Notes under the pieces: generated by a model
Told to the model about the DNA's origin: nothing
Database searches by the model: none
What the model saw: the letters and a program-made list of their open reading frames with translations, nothing else
Position numbers and translations under genes: made by a program
Origin: a cyanobacterium endosymbiont of Rhopalodia gibba
Lineage (GTDB): Bacteria; Cyanobacteriota; Cyanobacteriia; Cyanobacteriales; Microcystaceae
Reading direction: 5' to 3'
DNA length: 64,000 nucleotides
NCBI GenBank assembly: GCA_045159875.1
Contig: CP067995.1
Coordinates: forward strand, 96,001-160,000
Part shown: piece after piece, positions 58,540 to 64,000 of the stretch
How positions within the stretch are numbered: position 1 is the stretch's first letter
How the letters are laid out: each line of letters begins with the position of its first letter

Positions 58540-59400
58540 GAGTTAGCGAAATTATTTAGGATTAGATGCTTCTTGGCACATCTATCGCGTAATTTCTAAA
58601 GCAGTTTGATTAAATATGACATATAACAGTTTTTATAGGTTCCAATACCGTGTTTTCCTCATCAACTTCCTTCAGACTTCACACATTAAGGATTTCTTCC
58701 CCTAATTCTTCTACCTCTTTTCATGCTCCTGCTACAGCATTATCATCAAGAATTGATAGATGTAAGTTGCTATCTTCAGTATGAAAAACATGAGCAATTT
58801 AATAATCCTTATTTTTTCCTGGTTGACCAATTTATCCCAAAATTTTTGCCAATTTAGTCCGAAAAATTTCCCTATCTTGAACAAGATAACTAGGATTAAT
58901 CCTAGTTATTGTAGCAAAGACTACTTTTTGTCCTCTCCAAAATTTTAGACTGCTTTCTACATTATTTAGCTAGTGAAGGTTATTTCCTTAGCTCCATCTT
59001 TCCGACAAATTTAGACGATAAATTCTTTATTCACAACAGATTCTACGTTTAGCCTATTTAGTTCCACTAACAAAATCACTTCAACATCCCTGGGACAATA
59101 GTTAGTGGCTAATCTATCGTTCTATCGCATTAATATAAAGGTTATTCATAATAATAATTTCTATACCGGCTGAAATAATGTCTGCACTAATATTGAGGCT
59201 ACTGCTTGTCCAGCAGCCTCAATATTAGTAAAGTCGGCCAATAAAACACAAATTGCTTCTGGGGTCTTCAAAATGTGTAAACTGATTTCAGTAGCAATCC
59301 ATAATGTACCTTCAGTCCCAACAAATGAATCCGTTAATTTATTCCCAGGCATTTCGGGAACAGTATTCTTACTTTTGTATAAATTTTAGGACGTGAGCAT
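58540..59400 (-). pseudogene. glcD: Glycolate dehydrogenase subunit GlcD pseudogene
   Basis: PGNKLTDSFVGTEGTLWIATEISLHILKTPEAICVLLADF (cf. [24 protein letters not shown]), HVFHTEDSNLHL (cf. FHAGDGNLH) and HGIG; many stops; N-terminal FAD region not recognisable. Confidence 0.85.
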
Positions 59401-59595
59401 AGACACAATAGATAACGAAATAAAAAGTAACAACTTTTGACCATTTAATTCATTTTGGGAACATTAAACCAGTCATCAACGTTCTCTATAGAGGGTAATG
59501 ATTGAATTTACTTATCAAAAAAAGTAAACCCTTCCTTATTGACAAATAGGGTGTATTCTTTAAATGTGAGTGTGTTGTGTGAGGAAATAGACAAG

Positions 59596-61053
59596 ATGGT
59601 AAGTTCCCTATCTCGTAATGGAAACAGTTTGATGGACCGTGTCAGTGCCACCATAAACCCAGGTTTCCTGGGACAATTTGCCCATCTCCCCAATAGCTCC
59701 TTATTTGGAACCGATGGCATTCGTGGTAAGGCAGGTGACTTGTTAACCGCCTCTTTTGTCCTTCAACTTGGATTTCGGGCAGGACAAGTTTTAAAAATGA
59801 ATCGGGTAACTTTAGGCCCGGTGATTATTGGGCAAGATTCCCGAAACTCTAGCGATATGTTGGCCATGGCTATGGCTGCTGGGTTGACTTCTGCCGGGCT
59901 AGAAGTCTGGCAATTAGGTTTGTGTCCTACTCCTTGTGTTTCTTACCTGACACGCACCAGTGACGCGATGGGTGGAATTATGATCTCTGCAAGCCATAAC
60001 CCCCCTGAGGATAATGGAATTAAATTCTTTAACCATGAAGGAACAAAACTAAGTCAAACGTTAACACAACAGATTGAAAAAGAGTTACGAGGTAATCTCT
60101 CCTTATCATTAGATAATCCTCGAGAATGGGGAAAAACCTACTATCAGCCTGGTTTAGTGGATAAGTATTGCCAATTTTTACAGGGTGCTCTCCCGCAAAA
60201 TCTAGATTTACAGGGAATGCGAGTAGTTTTAGATTTGGCTTGGGGAGCCTCGGTGAATGTAGCAGTTCAGGCTTTTAAATCATTGGGGGCGCAGGTAATA
60301 TGTTTACACGATTACCCTAATGGTGATTGCATTAATGTTAATTGTGGCTCAACCCATCTTGATTTACTTAAACAGGCAATCAAGAAACATCAAGCTGATT
60401 TAGGATTTGCTTTTGATGGAGATGCAGATAGGGTAATGGCTGTCGATGGTCAAGGAAGGGTAGTTGATGGTGACTATATTCTATATCTGTGGGGAAAATA
60501 TCTTCTTCAAAAAGGCAAACTGCCTAATAATCTTTTAGTGGGAACGGTAATGGCTAACCTAGGATTTGAAAGAGCTTGGGAAAACTTAGGGGGTCAATTT
60601 ATGCGGACATCCGTGGGTGATCGCTATGTTCAAGCTAAAATGTGGGAAACTGGAGCGATGCTTGGGGGTGAACAGTCAGGCCACATCATTTGTCATCATT
60701 ATGGCGTGTCTGGAGATGGAGTACAAACTGCCCTTCACTTAGCAGCTTTAGTTCGTCAGTCTGAGGAGTCTTTAGCCACCCTAGTAGATAACAGTTTTCA
60801 AACCTATCCCCAAATTTTACGTAATGTTCGTGTGGAGAACCGCGATCAGCGTCACTCTTGGCAAGAATGTATTCCTTTAAGAGAAGCCATCACCCAAGCA
60901 GAAATAGGGATGGGAAATGCTGGTCGGGTTTTAGTTCGAGCTTCTGGGACGGAACCCTTAATTAGAGTCATGGTAGAGTCAGTAAGTGCTAAAGATGCTC
61001 ATGAGTGGGTTGAATATTTAGTGAAAGTTGTTGAGCGATATTTAGTAAATTAA
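59596..61053 (+). CDS. glmM: Phosphoglucosamine mutase
   Basis: [30 protein letters not shown] and [17 protein letters not shown] at 59596 preferred. Confidence 0.93.
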   Translation: MVSSLSRNGNSLMDRVSATINPGFLGQFAHLPNSSLFGTDGIRGKAGDLLTASFVLQLGFRAGQVLKMNRVTLGPVIIGQDSRNSSDMLAMAMAAGLTSAGLEVWQLGLCPTPCVSYLTRTSDAMGGIMISASHNPPEDNGIKFFNHEGTKLSQTLTQQIEKELRGNLSLSLDNPREWGKTYYQPGLVDKYCQFLQGALPQNLDLQGMRVVLDLAWGASVNVAVQAFKSLGAQVICLHDYPNGDCINVNCGSTHLDLLKQAIKKHQADLGFAFDGDADRVMAVDGQGRVVDGDYILYLWGKYLLQKGKLPNNLLVGTVMANLGFERAWENLGGQFMRTSVGDRYVQAKMWETGAMLGGEQSGHIICHHYGVSGDGVQTALHLAALVRQSEESLATLVDNSFQTYPQILRNVRVENRDQRHSWQECIPLREAITQAEIGMGNAGRVLVRASGTEPLIRVMVESVSAKDAHEWVEYLVKVVERYLVN

Positions 61054-62554
61054 TAGGTCGACCACGTATAACTTAAGAATCCCAGTGTGATTAGTTTGCA
61101 CAGTGACTAAAGCTCTTAAAAATAAAGTCCACCACTTTTAGGGGAGTCTCCATTCTGAATGTTTTTTTGTACATTGGAGTTCACATTTGCTTATTTGCAT
61201 TTGTAGTGTTTTGAGTACGATAAAGTCTAGCTTTAAATGCGATACGTATTTCGTTAAAGTCTTAATCAAGTTTTTTCTCAACTAGAGACTCGTCCATAAT
61301 ATACATAAATAATTACTTGTGTGCCCAAAATTTCACACACAGTAAAAATTAAATAAGATTCAATTCATTGAAATCTATCCTGATGCGTGAGAATTATACG
61401 CTTAACCTGCTTGCTATAAATTAGCTTATTTAGACCTATTAATCTCAGAAATATTTTGGATAACTTAACAATTTCAATAATTTTAAAAGTGAGATTTTTG
61501 TACCTTTATGACTTGAGTCGCTCAATCTTCTGGTAGCTGGTTTCTACATAAATCCTTGAATAAACAATCAACAGTCGTTGGTTTAGAACTGCTTTGAGTC
61601 CTCAATAATTTGTTGACATCAAATCTGTACTAGCCACTAGCTGTACTAATAGACTTAGTCTTAATCTTACTGGTCTCAACATCTTAGTACTAATGGCTAA
61701 AAGTTTAGCAGCTTCCTAAATTTAAATAAGATAGTTTTTTATAGTTGTTTATTTAACCATACAATACTTGAGATTAGTAAATACTTTCAGAACAAGTAGG
61801 AGTTATGTATTGTCTGGAATAAATAAATCACTTACTATATAGTTCACTAACTGAGAAATGTTCAATAATAACCAAATATTGAAAAAATAAAAAGGTTAAA
61901 CTGTAGCTAAAATATTTACAAAGAAAATCATTGTTAACTTGAATAGATAATCTCATTTAATTTAAAAACTCATTATTAATTAAGTCTTTAGCTTCCATTG
62001 ATTAGAACTTGATAAAAATTTTTGAAGAACCCAAACAGTAATCATAATTGCCTTATATTTTATGAGTATAATATAAAATTATTGATTACACCTAATTATT
62101 TTAGGATCTGGCGGTAACATTTAATAGCCTAATAAGTTGTTCTTAATCTTTCAAAAACTATACTTTTCTTGAATCTTAATTATATTGTTTAAATGGAATA
62201 TATAATTTAATCATATAAGTGATTTTTTTAAAAAAAATTTGATTTTCTTAGATTATCTAAAATAAATAATTTTACTATTTTTCTCTATATCTAATATTTA
62301 ACACAACTGGCACTCTTTTTCTTTGATTACGACTCATCTACTTTTAGCTATTCTTATTAGTCAATTTAATTACTATTTTCTAATCAACCTAAAGTTTTTT
62401 TTAGAAAGAAATCAACTATTTTAGAGCACATGAATTAGATAAAGAGTTGAAACTAAAACTTATGATACAATAAGTTCAAAATACTAATTTTTTTAAAAAT
62501 TACCTTCTCTTTTATTAAATGAACCTCTAAATTTAGAGTAAATAAGACTCAAAA

Positions 62555-63090
62555 CTATTCGGAATAAAATAAAGCAATTATACTAATTGATATAATAGTT
62601 TTATATTTATTTTATAATTGAGAATAGCTAACAATTTACCTTAGGTATACATTACTGTAAAGTATTTGAATGACTGTATTGTCTACACTTAAAAACCTAT
62701 AAAATGAATATCTTGTTTGACTTAATTTAATAAACTAACAGACTTATAACTTTACTCTTAGTCAGAAACAGTTCATGCTGTCATGAGACAAATCGTCAAA
62801 CATTTCGGACAGACTATCACAACTCAGATATTGGTTTTAAGAAATAAAATCCCAAGTACATAGCTCTAAATGAGACTTATCCGTTAATTTTTTTGTGAAA
62901 GTTCTGATAGCTGTATCCTGTCTTGACTTTCTCCTCTATTCTAACAGTTTTACGCTCTCGATTTTTGGTAATTGTTTTATGTTCTGTTTTCAGAAATCTC
63001 ATATATAAGTTTATCTGTCAATACATAACTCATAACAATCTTAAAACAATTGCCTTCAGAAAAACGATAAATAGTTAGATATCGATAAAC
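62555..63090. repeat. Dispersed degenerate repeat, copy B (homologous to 1215-1705)
   Basis: Same colinear blocks and same orientation as copy A; about 50 extra nt at roughly 62850-62895 relative to copy A. Confidence 0.75.
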
Positions 63091-63264
63091 AAAATGCTTT
63101 ATCTTAAGAGAGATAACTAAAAAACTGAAAGCTGTTGTTATTCCAAATTACCTTGACTTATGTTCAACTTTGAATAGTGTGCGATTACTTGGTCTCGTAC
63201 TCTTATGTATATCCTTCTTCTTAACTTCACTCTTAACTAACAATTTTAACAATTAATAATACCA

Positions 63265-64000
63265 ATGAGAACACTCTATTTTTTAGTTCCAGGGACGGGG
63301 GATAAATTTGCTTGTGGCGGGCTATGGGCTGAATTAAAGACCTTTAACCTAGCGCAACAAATTTGCAAATCACAAGTGGTTACCTATCGTCAACGAGAAC
63401 CAGAAACATTATTTCTTGATGATATTGTCCCAGCAAAATCTCTTGAAGATGTTATTTTTGTAATAAGTTGGGGTTTTGATGTTCCTAGTTTAGCGAACAA
63501 ATTGAAGAATTACCACATTGTTTATCATGCTCATAGTGCCGGGTATAATTTTATATTACCGCCAAGTATTCCCATCATAACAGTTAGTCGTAATACCATG
63601 GGTTATTGGGGGCAAAAAGCTCCTAATTCTTTGATTTATTATTTACCCAATCAAATTTCTAATGAGTTTACTAACTTACATATTGAACGGGATATTGATG
63701 TTTTAGTTCAAGTCAGAAAATCCTCGGAATATTTAATTAAACAGTTAGTTCCTGAGTTGAAAAAACATTGTAAAGTTTTTGTCCTTGATTCTTATGTTGA
63801 AGATTTGGGTCAGTTGTTTAATCGGACAAAAGTGTATCTTTATGATTCAGCAGAATATTGGGCACAACAAGGAATAAGTGAAGGGTTTGGATTACAGCCA
63901 CTGGAAGCCTTAGCTTGTGGTTGTCAGGTATTTTCGAGTGTTAATGGTGGATTATCCGATTATTTAGATCCTGGTTTTAATTGTTATAAAATTGCAGGAT
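63265..64000 (+). CDS. Glycosyltransferase (GT-B/GT4-like), runs off the window end
   Basis: MRTLYFLVPGTG.KFACGGLWAELKT... open to the end; EGFGLQPLEALACGC motif. Confidence 0.85.
   Translation, partial: MRTLYFLVPGTGDKFACGGLWAELKTFNLAQQICKSQVVTYRQREPETLFLDDIVPAKSLEDVIFVISWGFDVPSLANKLKNYHIVYHAHSAGYNFILPPSIPIITVSRNTMGYWGQKAPNSLIYYLPNQISNEFTNLHIERDIDVLVQVRKSSEYLIKQLVPELKKHCKVFVLDSYVEDLGQLFNRTKVYLYDSAEYWAQQGISEGFGLQPLEALACGCQVFSSVNGGLSDYLDPGFNCYKIAG

Noticed and set aside
61795..61850. Possible third copy of the dispersed repeat (taggagtta...tctggaataaataaa)
   Set aside because: Similarity does not visibly extend beyond about 30 nt

Overview
AT-rich chromosome segment of a unicellular N2-fixing cyanobacterium of the Cyanothece/Crocosphaera type that is undergoing genome reduction. 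Intact CDSs cover only about 58% of the window (hand sum), and the spacers are full of recognisable pseudogenes and decayed IS elements. The retained genes include hupSL, ndhL, tal, trpA, leuA and aroK/aroE, while glcD, a Tab2-like gene and ycf49 are decayed. This pattern best fits a non-photosynthetic diazotrophic endosymbiont such as a Rhopalodiaceae diatom spheroid body (inference, not proven). Highlights missed by the ORF track: (1) a compact nitrogen-control cassette at 36.17-36.68 kb (glutamine riboswitch, a 53-aa GS-inactivating-factor ORF, a terminator, and a PirA-like ORF); (2) a transaldolase whose C-terminal EF-hand domain was cut off by a stop codon and is decaying; (3) a 498-aa LAGLIDADG intein with an HTH insert in the DnaB Walker A motif; (4) two diverged copies of an unidentified ~500-bp element about 61 kb apart; (5) an excess of C->T-eroded HIP1 sites; (6) fossils of IS607, ISL3, IS630 and IS982. 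I recognised no tRNA, rRNA or CRISPR array. All family assignments are by eye from remembered motifs; no database searches were run.
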